Below are positions 18,831-28,369 of a stretch of 64,000 bases of DNA, piece after piece. The stretch is from Pseudomonadota bacterium. GTDB lineage: Bacteria; Pseudomonadota; Alphaproteobacteria; Kiloniellales; JAKSDN01. A program made the translations under genes and the position numbers. The stretch is from positions 48,622-112,621 of the forward strand of contig JBCCGG010000014.1 in NCBI GenBank assembly GCA_039029395.1. The letters are read 5' to 3'. Each line of letters starts with the position of its first letter. The stretch's first letter is position 1. The notes beneath the pieces were generated by a model. That model did not search any database and had not been told where the DNA came from. It saw nothing but the letters and a program-made list of their open reading frames with translations.

Positions 18831-19622
18831 ATGACTCGCTATAACCAGCTGACTGCCTCAATCCTGGCCGCGCTGCTTCTCTGGCCGAGCTCACTACGCG
18901 CCGAGACCCTGCGGCTCGGCTACGAGGTCGCCTGGGGCAACTTCACCCTGGCCGAGGCCGAGGTCAAATACCGCGAGGACCAGACCCGCTACCACCTGGC
19001 CGGCCAGGGACGCACCGAGGGGCTTCTTGAGTGGTTCTTCACCTGGCACGGTACGGCCGAGACCGAAGGTCTCTTGGAGGCCACGGGCCGCCGGCCCCTG
19101 GCGCATCAGAGCGAAGGCACCTGGAACGACAGTACCCGCTCGACCCGGGTCGCCTGGCCGGGCAAGGGCCCGCCGACCACCGAGACCCAGCCGCCGCCCG
19201 ACCTAGAGCTGGTCACCCCCGTGCCAAAGGATGCCACGGCCGGCACCAGCGACCCCTTCACCGCGGTGCTACAGCTGCTCGACAGTCTGGCCGAGACCGG
19301 ACGCTGCGAGGCCGAAGCGAAGGTCTGGGACGGCCGGCGGCGCTATGATCTCGCGGTTGCCCACATCGGCCCCGAGACACTGGTGCCGGACCGACCCTGG
19401 GCCTACGGCGGGCCGGCCGTCGCCTGCGCGCTCAGCCACCAGCGAATCGGCGGCTTTTGGCGGGATTCCGAGGCGCCTGAAGCGACCCGCCGGGTGGTTT
19501 GGGCGGCCGAGATCGCGCCAGGCCGTTGGGCCCTGGTCCGCGCCGAGGTCGACACCAGCTACGGCACCGTGGTCGCCCGCCTAAAGCCCGCCCCAGACGT
19601 CAAGGCGGCCCTCGAAAACTAA
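18831..19622 (+). CDS. DUF3108 domain secreted protein
   Basis: Signal peptide; Y.VAWG, DPFTA, WDGRRRYDL motifs. Confidence 0.8.
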   Translation: MTRYNQLTASILAALLLWPSSLRAETLRLGYEVAWGNFTLAEAEVKYREDQTRYHLAGQGRTEGLLEWFFTWHGTAETEGLLEATGRRPLAHQSEGTWNDSTRSTRVAWPGKGPPTTETQPPPDLELVTPVPKDATAGTSDPFTAVLQLLDSLAETGRCEAEAKVWDGRRRYDLAVAHIGPETLVPDRPWAYGGPAVACALSHQRIGGFWRDSEAPEATRRVVWAAEIAPGRWALVRAEVDTSYGTVVARLKPAPDVKAALEN

Positions 19623-19633
19623 ATCAACCGAAC

Positions 19634-19649
19634 TGTGAACCATCTCACA
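19634..19649. promoter_or_regulatory. CRP-type box TGTGA-ACCATC-TCACA (perfect consensus)
   Basis: Intergenic; 21 nt before TAAAGC (-10-like) and upstream of the small ORF at 19712. Confidence 0.8.
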
Positions 19650-19711
19650 GCCCGACCCAACCGGCGGTGCTAAAGCCCCGCGCCATGAACTTTGCTTTTG
19701 AGGATCGGATC

Positions 19712-19867
19712 ATGGTGTCGGCAAAGGCGGCGCAACGTCTTGCGGTCGGACTCGGCCTGGCGTTCGGCCTTCTGTTCTGTCTCAGCCTCGAGGCCTTCGG
19801 CGCGGCGCCGAAGCCGACACATTGCTGCCCCAATTGCATGCTTTGCTCGACCGCATTCATTCCGTAA
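19712..19867 (+). CDS. Small secreted/membrane-anchored Cys-rich peptide (51 aa)
   Basis: MVSAKAAQRLAVGLGLAFGLLFCLSLEAFGAAPKPTHCCPNCMLCSTAFIP; GAGGA RBS, CRP box upstream, terminator-like hairpin downstream. Confidence 0.65.
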   Translation: MVSAKAAQRLAVGLGLAFGLLFCLSLEAFGAAPKPTHCCPNCMLCSTAFIP

Positions 19868-19877
19868 AATCGCTCGG

Positions 19878-19913
19878 CCGGCCGCGCCTTTCTGGTGCGC
19901 TTGCCGGGTTTTT
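19878..19913 (+). terminator. Possible intrinsic terminator after the Cys-rich peptide gene
   Basis: CCGGC-CGCGCC-tttct-GGTGCG-ctt-GCCGG followed by gTTTTT. Confidence 0.4.
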
Positions 19914-19941
19914 CCAGTCTCTTTAAGAGGCGGCCCGCACC

Positions 19942-20643
19942 ATGACCACGAATTTGCTCGCCAGATCGCTCGACGGCATCACGCTGCTCGACCAGATCCC
20001 GCCTGCCGATCTCAACCGCCTGTCGGAGCGCTGCAAATGGCAGCACTACGAGCAAGGCATGCAGATCCTCGGCCACATGGATCGTTCGGAGGGAATCTGC
20101 TTCGTCGTTCAGGGCAAGGCCCGGGTGGTGATCTACTCGGTCTCCGGCAAATCTGTCACCTTCCGGGACATCGCCGCCGGCGACATGTTCGGTGAGCTCT
20201 CGGCGATCGACGGCCAGGAGCGCTCGGCCAGCGTCGAAGCGCTCGAGCCCTGCACGATCGCCACCCTATCACCTGAGTTGTTCAGGGAGGTGCTGCAGAT
20301 CTATCCGGCGGTCTCGGCCGCTTTGCTGCAGCGCTTGACCGCCCAGGTGCGCCATCTAACCGAGCGGGTCTTCGAGTTCAGTACATTGGCGGTCAAGAAC
20401 CGGATTCACGCCGAGCTTTTGCGTCTGGCCCGCAAGACGCCCCACGACAACGGTCAGGCCTGGATCTCGCCAGCGCCGACTCACGCGGAGATCGCCAGCC
20501 GAATCTCAACCCACCGGGAGGCCGTGACCCGCGAGCTCAACCATCTAGCGCACTCCGGCCTGATTGAACGGAAAGATGGCAAGCTGTTGATATTAAACGT
20601 TTCTCAGCTCTCAAAGCTGGTCCAGGAAGTGACCGGCCACTGA
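19942..20643 (+). CDS. Crp/Fnr family transcriptional regulator (CRP-like, paralog 1)
   Basis: cNMP pocket FGELSAIDGQERSAS; HTH THAEIASRISTHREAVTR; no FNR Cys cluster. Confidence 0.92.
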   Translation: MTTNLLARSLDGITLLDQIPPADLNRLSERCKWQHYEQGMQILGHMDRSEGICFVVQGKARVVIYSVSGKSVTFRDIAAGDMFGELSAIDGQERSASVEALEPCTIATLSPELFREVLQIYPAVSAALLQRLTAQVRHLTERVFEFSTLAVKNRIHAELLRLARKTPHDNGQAWISPAPTHAEIASRISTHREAVTRELNHLAHSGLIERKDGKLLILNVSQLSKLVQEVTGH

Positions 20644-20685
20644 CCCTTCAGATCGTCCAAAATTTTTTCGAAAAACACGCGATCA

Positions 20686-20701
20686 TGTGAATATTCTCAC
20701 A
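20686..20701. promoter_or_regulatory. CRP-type box TGTGA-ATATTC-TCACA (perfect consensus)
   Basis: Intergenic, 42 nt after the crp stop; 21 nt before CAAATT (-10-like); upstream of the small ORF at 20789. Confidence 0.8.
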
Positions 20702-20788
20702 GCGCGATCCCCTTCCTTCTGACAAATTGGCGCCATGACAACGACACCGCCGCGCTAATGGGCGGTCACACAAGTGGAGCCAAAAGCC

Positions 20789-21031
20789 ATGTCTAAAGCA
20801 CCCGCCGCGGAACGCCCGAACAACCGCGGCATCGGCACACAGGACGTTCTCTCCGCCTGGATGATCTACCTGGTCTTCCTCGGCGCCCTGATCCTGCTGT
20901 CGACGCTCTACCTGCAGAACGACCGTGAAGAGGGCCTCTACACCGACGGCTCATCGCCGGATCTGGCCCTACAGCTGAATCAGGGCCATTGGTCGCGGCC
21001 GGTGATCGGCAACGCCACTGGCGGCGTATGA
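20789..21031 (+). CDS. Small single-pass membrane protein (80 aa)
   Basis: MSKAPAAERPNNRGIGTQDVLSAWMIYLVFLGALILLSTLYLQ...; GGAG RBS. Confidence 0.7.
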   Translation: MSKAPAAERPNNRGIGTQDVLSAWMIYLVFLGALILLSTLYLQNDREEGLYTDGSSPDLALQLNQGHWSRPVIGNATGGV

Positions 21032-21076
21032 AAACACCAAGTTCAAGCGGAATAGAGGCGCTGGGGGGCGCGGCAT

Positions 21077-22360
21077 ATGGGCGGTAAGAATACTGGGCGT
21101 GACGCACAGTTGGTCGACCGGGGCGTCCCAGCGGCGCCGATCGAGCGTTTCGCGCCGAGAGTCATGGTGCTGCCGTTCATCGACCTGAGCCTGGCGCCGG
21201 ATCCGATGCACATCGCCGACGGCTTGACGATAGACGTCACCACCGAGCTTGCCAGATTTCCCAACCTGCGCGTGCTCTCGCTCAACACGGCGCTGACCTA
21301 CAAGGGTTGGCCCGTGCCGCCCCAGCGGCTGCACGATGCCCTGGGCGCGCGCTATCTGCTGGAAGGCAGTGTCGAGCTGAGCAGCGACCGCTTGGTCGTA
21401 ACGGTTCAGCTGATCCGGGCCGCCGCAGATGAGGAGCTTTGGGCCGAGCGCTTCGAGCGGCTCGGCGCCTTCAGCCTGGACGACTATGACGACCTGATTT
21501 GCCAGATCGTCGCCGGCATGGATCGCCACATCGCTCAGGTTGAAACCGAGGGCGCGCTTCACAAGCGGCCCAGCGAGGTCAACGCTTACGAGGCCTATCA
21601 GCGCGCGATTCACAGCTTTTCGCACAACACAAAGGAGGAGCTTCAGGCCGCGCTCGACCTCTTCAGGAAGGTTACCGAGCTGGAGCCGGGCTTCGCCCGA
21701 GCCTGGGGCTATCTGGCCTACACCACGATCCGCGGTGTCACCTACGGCTGGATCGAGCCCGCCGCCATGGACCAGGCCCAAGATTGGGTGCGCCGGGCCC
21801 TGGAGCTTGATCCGACCGACTACTACAACATCTGGGACCTGGCTTTCCTGCATCAGAACTGCGGCCGCTTCGTCCAGGCCGAGCGGGCCTACCAGAGGGC
21901 ATGGCGGCTCAATCCCAACGACGCCGAGCTCTTGGCCGAGATGGCGGAGTTCTCGATCTGCAACGGCACGCCGAAATTGGCGATCGATCAAATGAGGCGG
22001 GCCATCGAGATCGCCCAGGATTACCCGCGTTGGTACGACTGGACCTTGGGCCATGCTTACTTCGCGAGCGGCGACTACGGGCGCGCGGTGGCGCGTCTGG
22101 AGCGGGACCCGGCACTGCCTTGCCATGCACGCCTGATCTTGGCCGCCGCGCTGGTCCATCTAGGCGAGCCGGAGCGGGCGCGCGCGATCGTCGGCCAGGT
22201 GCTCCAGGAGGAGCCGCGCACCTCGGTCGAAGGGCTGCGGCAAACAGATCGCCGCAGGCGGCCACAAGACCGCGCCCATTGGCTCAACGCCCTGCGCGCC
22301 GCCGGTGTGCCGGAACGCCCAGCGGGGGCAAGGCCCAACGTGGCGGCGGAAGAGGTTTGA
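21077..22360 (+). CDS. TolB-like + TPR protein without N-terminal effector domain
   Basis: VMVLPFIDLS..ADGLT.D.TTELARF, RYLLEGSV, AYEAYQR, TPR repeats; similar to the C-terminal part of the next gene. Confidence 0.85.
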   Translation: MGGKNTGRDAQLVDRGVPAAPIERFAPRVMVLPFIDLSLAPDPMHIADGLTIDVTTELARFPNLRVLSLNTALTYKGWPVPPQRLHDALGARYLLEGSVELSSDRLVVTVQLIRAAADEELWAERFERLGAFSLDDYDDLICQIVAGMDRHIAQVETEGALHKRPSEVNAYEAYQRAIHSFSHNTKEELQAALDLFRKVTELEPGFARAWGYLAYTTIRGVTYGWIEPAAMDQAQDWVRRALELDPTDYYNIWDLAFLHQNCGRFVQAERAYQRAWRLNPNDAELLAEMAEFSICNGTPKLAIDQMRRAIEIAQDYPRWYDWTLGHAYFASGDYGRAVARLERDPALPCHARLILAAALVHLGEPERARAIVGQVLQEEPRTSVEGLRQTDRRRRPQDRAHWLNALRAAGVPERPAGARPNVAAEEV

Positions 22361-22572
22361 GCCGCTGCAGAATGTTTCAACTAGAAATTATTCACCTCAG
22401 CTTGCAACTATATTCGATTGAAAACCCCAAACAATGACCGGTGATTCGCCCAATCTAGGCGCCGCAACGGGGATTGATGCTTTCGAAGCGGTGGGCCTCG
22501 GCTTAACATAAACGCCATTGATCGGCCGGGCCGGGCCGACGCCGGGCCTCGGCGCGAGAAGGAGCGGAAGCG

Positions 22573-24450
22573 TTGCGCGAGCCGGAGCGGGAAAGACGCC
22601 TCGCGGCCATTATGGTTGCCGACGCGGTCGGCTACAGCACCCTGATGAGTCGCGACGAAGAGCGCACTCACGATCAGTTCAAGTACGATCTGGAGAGTGT
22701 GATCAAGCCGACGATCCGCGACTTCCAGGGCGAGGTGGTGAAGACCACCGGCGACGGCATCCTGGCGCTCTTCCCCACCGTGATCCAGGCGGTGCGCTGC
22801 GCCGACCAGGTCCAGCGCAACCTCTGTCGGCCGCACGATGGGGAGTCGCCCGGCGACCACTTGACCTATCGGGTCGGCGTCAATCTGGGCGATATCCTGA
22901 TCGAGCGCGGCGACGTCTATGGCAACGACGTCAATGTCGCGGTGCGTCTCGAGGCGCTCGCCGAGCCCTGCGGCATCATCCTGTCGGGCGCCGCTTTTTG
23001 GAGCATCAAGGATCAAACCGAACTGCAGTTCGAGGAAATGGGTTTCCTGTCCCTCAAGAACATCCCAGAACCCATCGAGGTTTATCGACTGGTGCGCGAC
23101 CGGGACGTGGCCAGCGACGCAAACGCGCTGGCGCCGCCGCCTGACCGGGAGCCGGCCCTGCCGCCCGCCGGGCCCGAGGCCGGCGCACCGAAGTTCAAGC
23201 AGGTTTGGGCAGAAAGCGGCAAGAGTCTGCCGTCGCTCATCGTCCTGCCGTTCGACAACCTGAGCCAGGACCCAGAGCAAGAATACTTCTGCGACGGCCT
23301 GACCAACGACATCACGACCGACCTTTCGAAGTTTGCTAACCTCTTCGTGATCTCGGCCAACACGGCGCTCTCTCTCAAGGGGGCCCACCCGACGCCGGAG
23401 ACGGTGCGCCAGCGCTTCGGGGTCGACTACATGGTCGAAGGCAGCGTGCAGCGCTTCGGCAACCACATCCGCATCAACGCCCAGCTGATCGAGGCCGAAT
23501 CCGGGCACCATGTCTGGGCCGACCGACTGCAGCGCCAGTTCGACGACCTCTTCACCCTGCAGGAGCAAGTCGTGCGCGCGATCATTGCGCCGCTGGCCGC
23601 GCGCCTGGGCATCGCCGAGCGTGAGCGGGCGGCCCACAAGCAGACCGACGACGCTAGCGCTTACGAGGCCTTCCTCAAGGGCCAGTACTTCATGAACCAC
23701 TTCTACGGCATGGACGAAACGAGAAGCACGCTTGCCAGCGCCCGCGCCTGGCTCAATCGGGCGATCGAGCTCGACCCCGACTATGCCCGCGCCTGGGGTT
23801 GGCTGGCCTACACCTACATTCAGGCCTGGCGCCACGGTTGGGAGTCGGAGGCAAACGTCGAGCAAGCTTGCGAGATGGCCAGAAAGGCGGTCAGCCTGAA
23901 ACCCATGGACCACGACACCCACTGGGCGCTGGGCAGCGTCCTCTCCCACGCCGGGCACACCGAGCAGGCCTTGGCGGAATACCAGAAAGCGTTGGAGATC
24001 AACCGCAACGACGCCGATCTCTTCGCCGAGATGGGCGAGATGCTGGTCCACGCCGGCGAGCATCACCGGGCGATCAACCAGCTCAAGTTCGCCATGCAGA
24101 TCAACCCGCACTTTCCCGACTGGTACTGCTCGATTCTCGGTTGGGCCTACTACTTGCTGCGCGACTACGAGGAGGCGATCGCCGAAATCGGCAACATTGT
24201 CAGCCTGTCGGACGACGAGTATTTGATCCTGGCCGCCAGCCATGCCCGCCTGGCCGAGGCCGAGGCGGTTGAGGGCCGCGATGAAGAAGCCGCGCGCTTG
24301 CAGGCCAAAGCGCGTCGCCACATCGAGGGGTTTCTGAAGCGCCGTCCGGACTGGACAGTCGCCAAGCATGGGCGCATCACGATCCTGAAGCGGGACGGCG
24401 ATTTGAGCCACTACCTAGAGGGGCTTCGGCTGGCTGGGCTGCCGGCGTGA
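22573..24450 (+). CDS. Class III adenylate cyclase with TolB-like and TPR domains
   Basis: ADAVGYS and KTTGDG metal Asp residues, RVGVNLGD, GDVYGNDVNVAVRLE; the Lys/Asp pair suggests ATP specificity. Confidence 0.9.
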   Translation: MREPERERRLAAIMVADAVGYSTLMSRDEERTHDQFKYDLESVIKPTIRDFQGEVVKTTGDGILALFPTVIQAVRCADQVQRNLCRPHDGESPGDHLTYRVGVNLGDILIERGDVYGNDVNVAVRLEALAEPCGIILSGAAFWSIKDQTELQFEEMGFLSLKNIPEPIEVYRLVRDRDVASDANALAPPPDREPALPPAGPEAGAPKFKQVWAESGKSLPSLIVLPFDNLSQDPEQEYFCDGLTNDITTDLSKFANLFVISANTALSLKGAHPTPETVRQRFGVDYMVEGSVQRFGNHIRINAQLIEAESGHHVWADRLQRQFDDLFTLQEQVVRAIIAPLAARLGIAERERAAHKQTDDASAYEAFLKGQYFMNHFYGMDETRSTLASARAWLNRAIELDPDYARAWGWLAYTYIQAWRHGWESEANVEQACEMARKAVSLKPMDHDTHWALGSVLSHAGHTEQALAEYQKALEINRNDADLFAEMGEMLVHAGEHHRAINQLKFAMQINPHFPDWYCSILGWAYYLLRDYEEAIAEIGNIVSLSDDEYLILAASHARLAEAEAVEGRDEEAARLQAKARRHIEGFLKRRPDWTVAKHGRITILKRDGDLSHYLEGLRLAGLPA

Positions 24451-25357
24451 GACCTCGGGCGACGCGCGCCTCTTCGAGCAGCCACTCCCGGAAGGCTGCG
24501 ACCTTGGGCCGGTCGGCGCCGTCTTTCGCGCTCAGCAGATAGAAGGAGAACGTGAGCGGCGTGCTGAGGCGCGGGTCGAAGGGGCGCACCAACCGGCCGG
24601 CGGCGAGATCGTCGGCCACCAGGATGTCGCCGGTCAGCGCCACGCCCTGGCCGTCGAGCGCGGCCTGGACCGCCATGTTCTCCATGGTGAAGTGCGGCCC
24701 GCGGGTCGGGTCGATGTGGTGCAAACCGGCCGCCAGCAGCCACATGCGCCAGCTCGCCTCGGCGTCCTTCCAGTCGATGTGCAGCAGAGTGTGGTGTTTC
24801 AGATCCTCGGGCCGGCGCAATGGATAGGCGCCTTTCATCAGGACGGGGCTGCAGACCGGTGTGTTGACCTGGCCGAACAACCAGTCGACCCGCACCCCGT
24901 GGTAGCCGCCAGGGCCGTAGCGCAGCGCCACGTCGGCATCGCCGCGCGCCAAGTCGACCCGACGGTCGGTGCCGTCGATGCGAATCTCGATGTCCGGATG
25001 CCGCGCACGGAAACGCTCGAGCCGGGGCACCAGCCACAAGGCGCCGAACGCGGGGCTGACGCTGATGGTCAGCACCCCGCTCTCGCGGTTGGCGCGCATC
25101 TGCTCGACTCCCTGGGCCAGCGTGTCGAAGCCCAGGCTAATCGTCGGCAAGGCCGCTTGGCCGGCATCGGTTAAGCGCAGCGCCCGGGTCAGGCGGCGGA
25201 ACAGGGGCACCTGAAGCAACTCCTCGAGCGCCTTGACCTGGTGACCGACCGCGGCCGGCGTGACGTTCAGCTCGGCCGCCGCCTTGGTGAAGCTGAGATG
25301 CCGGCCGGCCGATTCGAAGGCCTTGAGGGCGTTTAAGGGCGGAAGCGGGCGAGACAA
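24377..25357 (-). CDS. LysR family regulator (GcvA-like)
   Basis: LPPLNALKAFESAGRHLSFTKAAAELNVTPAAV HTH; 3' end overlaps the cyclase gene. Confidence 0.92.
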   Translation of the reverse strand: MSRPLPPLNALKAFESAGRHLSFTKAAAELNVTPAAVGHQVKALEELLQVPLFRRLTRALRLTDAGQAALPTISLGFDTLAQGVEQMRANRESGVLTISVSPAFGALWLVPRLERFRARHPDIEIRIDGTDRRVDLARGDADVALRYGPGGYHGVRVDWLFGQVNTPVCSPVLMKGAYPLRRPEDLKHHTLLHIDWKDAEASWRMWLLAAGLHHIDPTRGPHFTMENMAVQAALDGQGVALTGDILVADDLAAGRLVRPFDPRLSTPLTFSFYLLSAKDGADRPKVAAFREWLLEEARVARGLTPAAQPAEAPLGSGSNRRPASGS

Positions 25358-25606
25358 TTTTCTATAGCCGAATTTTTCTAGGATATGAGCCGAGATCTTC
25401 TCGTTTGTTGAATGATCTAGATATTCATATTCTAACTATTAATCAAGGTACTACTGTCTCTCTGCGGAACCTCGCAGGCAGCCTTTAAGTCAAATCAATC
25501 TAGATCATGAGCGTATCGACGAATGGTCGAATCGAACCCCTCGGGAGGCCCCCGTGAAGTTCAACCACCTGCGCGCCAACCTCGGCAGAGATTCACATAC
25601 GCCGGC

Positions 25607-26455
25607 ATGGCTGAGCGCACTCAATCTGAGTACTTTGTCGGTGTCATTCTGGTCGCGATTGCGGCTGTGACCTACAGCACGGCGGGGTTGTTCACCAAGG
25701 GCGTTGCGGCCGGGTCGTGGGAGGTCATGTTCTGGAGAGGTTTTTTCGCTGCCGCGTTCACAACGCTCTGGATCATAAAAAGAGGCGCATTTCGACAGAA
25801 CTTTTTTGCCATGGGTTACAGCGGATGGGCGGTCGCGGTGGTAGGCGCATTGGGTACGGCGGCGTTCATCCCGGCCTTCAAGCTCACATCGATCGCCAAT
25901 GTTTCGCTGATCTATGCGGTTTCTCCGCTTATCGCGGCGCTACTTGCATGGCTCTTCATTGGAGAACGAGTATCAGCACGGACGATGGTGGGATGCCTTT
26001 GCGCGCTTTTGGGCGTCGGCATCATCGTTTCGGGATCCCTTGGTCAAATCAGCCTCAACGGCGACGTGCTGGCCTTGTGGATGACCACCGCGATGGCCTC
26101 GATCATGGTCATCTACCGAAAGTATCCTGAAACGCCGGGGGCGGGCCCCGCGGCGCTCCAATCAATTCTCTTGCTGCCCTTCGCCGCGGTGTTCGGCGAC
26201 CCGTTCGATGTTGAACCTACGGAAATCTACATTCTGTCCGCATTCGGACTGCTGTTCGCCATCGCGTCGGTAACCTTGGCAGAAGGCGCCAAACGAATTC
26301 CATCTGGCCAGACCGCTCTCCTAAGTTCCTTGGAAACGCCGCTCGCACCGGCGTTCGCATTCCTTCTATTCGCGGAGATCCCCAACACAGCAACCTTTCT
26401 TGGCGGCACGCTCGTGCTCTTCGCGGTGCTCTTAGCAATCAGAAACGATCCTTAG
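25607..26455 (+). CDS. DMT/EamA family transporter
   Basis: Two EamA repeats (SPLIAALLAWLFIGE, LETPLAP); lower GC than the flanks; start uncertain (25523 or 25607). Confidence 0.85.
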   Translation: MAERTQSEYFVGVILVAIAAVTYSTAGLFTKGVAAGSWEVMFWRGFFAAAFTTLWIIKRGAFRQNFFAMGYSGWAVAVVGALGTAAFIPAFKLTSIANVSLIYAVSPLIAALLAWLFIGERVSARTMVGCLCALLGVGIIVSGSLGQISLNGDVLALWMTTAMASIMVIYRKYPETPGAGPAALQSILLLPFAAVFGDPFDVEPTEIYILSAFGLLFAIASVTLAEGAKRIPSGQTALLSSLETPLAPAFAFLLFAEIPNTATFLGGTLVLFAVLLAIRNDP

Positions 26456-26530
26456 GCGCCTAAATGGTCTCCGAATTCTCCCGGCCGGTTCATCTGAAGT
26501 CGCCGTCCGGCGATGACCGCCCCTTCTTCC

Positions 26531-27829
26531 TCACGCCCCCGACTTGGCCGCATCGCCGGTGATCGCCCGGTCGCGAGTCTCGGGCATCATCATGGCAATG
26601 CCGATTGAGACCGCCGCGACCGCCATGAGGTACCAGGCCGGCGAGGTCTTGTCGCCGGTCACCGAGATCAGCCAGGTCGCCAGGATCGGCGCCGTGCCGC
26701 CGAAGATCGCGAAGTTGAGATTGTAGCCGAGCGATAGCGCGGTCAGGCGCACCCGGGTCGGAAAAACCTCGACCAGAGTCGCCGGCACCGGCCCACTCCG
26801 CGCGGCCACGAAGAGGCAGAAGCCGAGTTGGGCGCCCAACACCAAGGCGTACTCCCCGCCGCCCATGAGCTCCATCAGTGTGATGGAGAGCAGAAGAAAC
26901 CCAAGGCTTCCGGCGATCAGCACGGGGCGTCGGCCGACCTTGTCGGAGAGCCACCCGAAGAACGGCAAGCAGAGCGTGACGAACGCCATGGAAATCGTCC
27001 CGATGCCCAGCGTCTTGGCGAGCGACAGACCGCTGAAGTGATGGATGTAGGTGGTGAAGAAGACAAAGAGGTAATACTGGCAGACCGCGTTGACCCAGAG
27101 CATTCCGATCACGGTCACCAGGTTCTTCTTCTGGGTCTTGAGGGTATGGGCGACTGGGTTCTTGACCAGATGGCCGGCCTCCTTGGCGTCCTTGAAGGCC
27201 GGCGACTCCTCCATGGAGCGGCGCAGCCAGAGGCCGATCCCGCCAAGCACCAGGGACAGGAGGAAGGGCACCCGCCAGCCCCAGTCGTGCAGCTGCTCTT
27301 CGCTCAAGAGCACGGTCACGAGCGCCGCCGTCGCCGATCCGGCCAGGATGCCGATGAAGCAGCTGGTCATGCTCCAAGAGCCGAACAGCCCGCGGCGCGC
27401 CGGCGGCGCGTACTCCGAGAGATAGGAGATCGAGCTGGTGAACTCGCCACCGACCGCCAGGCCCTGGACCAGGCGCACCACGACCAGCAGGATCGGCGCC
27501 AGCACGCCCACGGAATGGTAGGTCGGCAGAAGGCCGAGCGCCGCGGTCGGCAGGGACATTATGACGACCGAAAACAGCAAGGCATGGCGCCGGCCGATAC
27601 GGTCGCCGATGTGGCCGAACAGCGCGCCGCCGATCGGCCGCACCACGAAGCCCACGGCGAACACGCCGAAGGTCGCGAGGTAGGACGCCAGCTTGTCGTC
27701 GCTGGGAAAGAACAGGCTTGAGATGATTGGCGCAAAGTAGCCGTAGAGCGCGAAATCGAACCATTCGATGCCGTTGCCGTATGCGCCGGCAATGATCGAT
27801 TTGAGCTGCTTGCGCTCGGCCAAGACCAC
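26531..27829 (-). CDS. MFS metabolite:H+ symporter (ProP-like)
   Basis: GNGIEWFDF, RPIGG..FG.IGDRIGRR, QGLAVGGE, WGWRVPF, ESPAF. Confidence 0.9.
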   Translation of the reverse strand: MVLAERKQLKSIIAGAYGNGIEWFDFALYGYFAPIISSLFFPSDDKLASYLATFGVFAVGFVVRPIGGALFGHIGDRIGRRHALLFSVVIMSLPTAALGLLPTYHSVGVLAPILLVVVRLVQGLAVGGEFTSSISYLSEYAPPARRGLFGSWSMTSCFIGILAGSATAALVTVLLSEEQLHDWGWRVPFLLSLVLGGIGLWLRRSMEESPAFKDAKEAGHLVKNPVAHTLKTQKKNLVTVIGMLWVNAVCQYYLFVFFTTYIHHFSGLSLAKTLGIGTISMAFVTLCLPFFGWLSDKVGRRPVLIAGSLGFLLLSITLMELMGGGEYALVLGAQLGFCLFVAARSGPVPATLVEVFPTRVRLTALSLGYNLNFAIFGGTAPILATWLISVTGDKTSPAWYLMAVAAVSIGIAMMMPETRDRAITGDAAKSGA

Positions 27830-27993
27830 CCCCTGATCCCCGCTCGGCCGCGCTTGGCTGGCCGAGGCGAGAGCATATCAGGTCCAGCCGATGCTTGGCA
27901 GTCTCAACGACGGGCTTGCCAACGGCCCCGGAAGAGGGAAAGCTTGCGGGCTGACGCTTCCGTGCAAAGAACCCTCGAAGGGGGAGACCTAAG

Positions 27994-28278
27994 ATGAGCT
28001 CAAGCCTGGATGCCTTGACCGCCGAGCGCGACCGCATCGAAAGCGAGATGGACAAGTTCGAGGAGGAGAAGGCCAGCCTGGAAAAGCAGGGTGCTGCTCT
28101 CGCCGAGCGCCGCGCCGCGGCGGAGAGCGCCGGCGACGACCTTTCCAAGCTCGACATCGAAGCCGAGCAGCTGGCCGAAGCCAAGCGCAAGAACGACCGC
28201 CAGCTCAGTCAAATTACAAAGCGCTTCAAAGACATCGAGGAAGAAATTGCCATGCTGCAGCAGAGCTCAATCGTGTAA
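27994..28278 (+). CDS. Coiled-coil hypothetical protein (94 aa)
   Basis: Heptad-like E/K/L/A composition; GGAG RBS. Confidence 0.7.
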   Translation: MSSSLDALTAERDRIESEMDKFEEEKASLEKQGAALAERRAAAESAGDDLSKLDIEAEQLAEAKRKNDRQLSQITKRFKDIEEEIAMLQQSSIV

Positions 28279-28369
28279 CCCAAGACGTTGATTGACGAGA
28301 AAATCATTTAATTTCAAATGATTGAAGATATTTTCTAAAACAATTTATCAGTTCGACGAGTACCCATAC

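Noticed and set aside
19942-20701. FNR/FixK interpretation of the Crp proteins and boxes
   Set aside because: The boxes are TGTGA-N6-TCACA, not TTGAT-N4-ATCAA; the proteins lack FNR cysteines and keep cNMP-pocket residues
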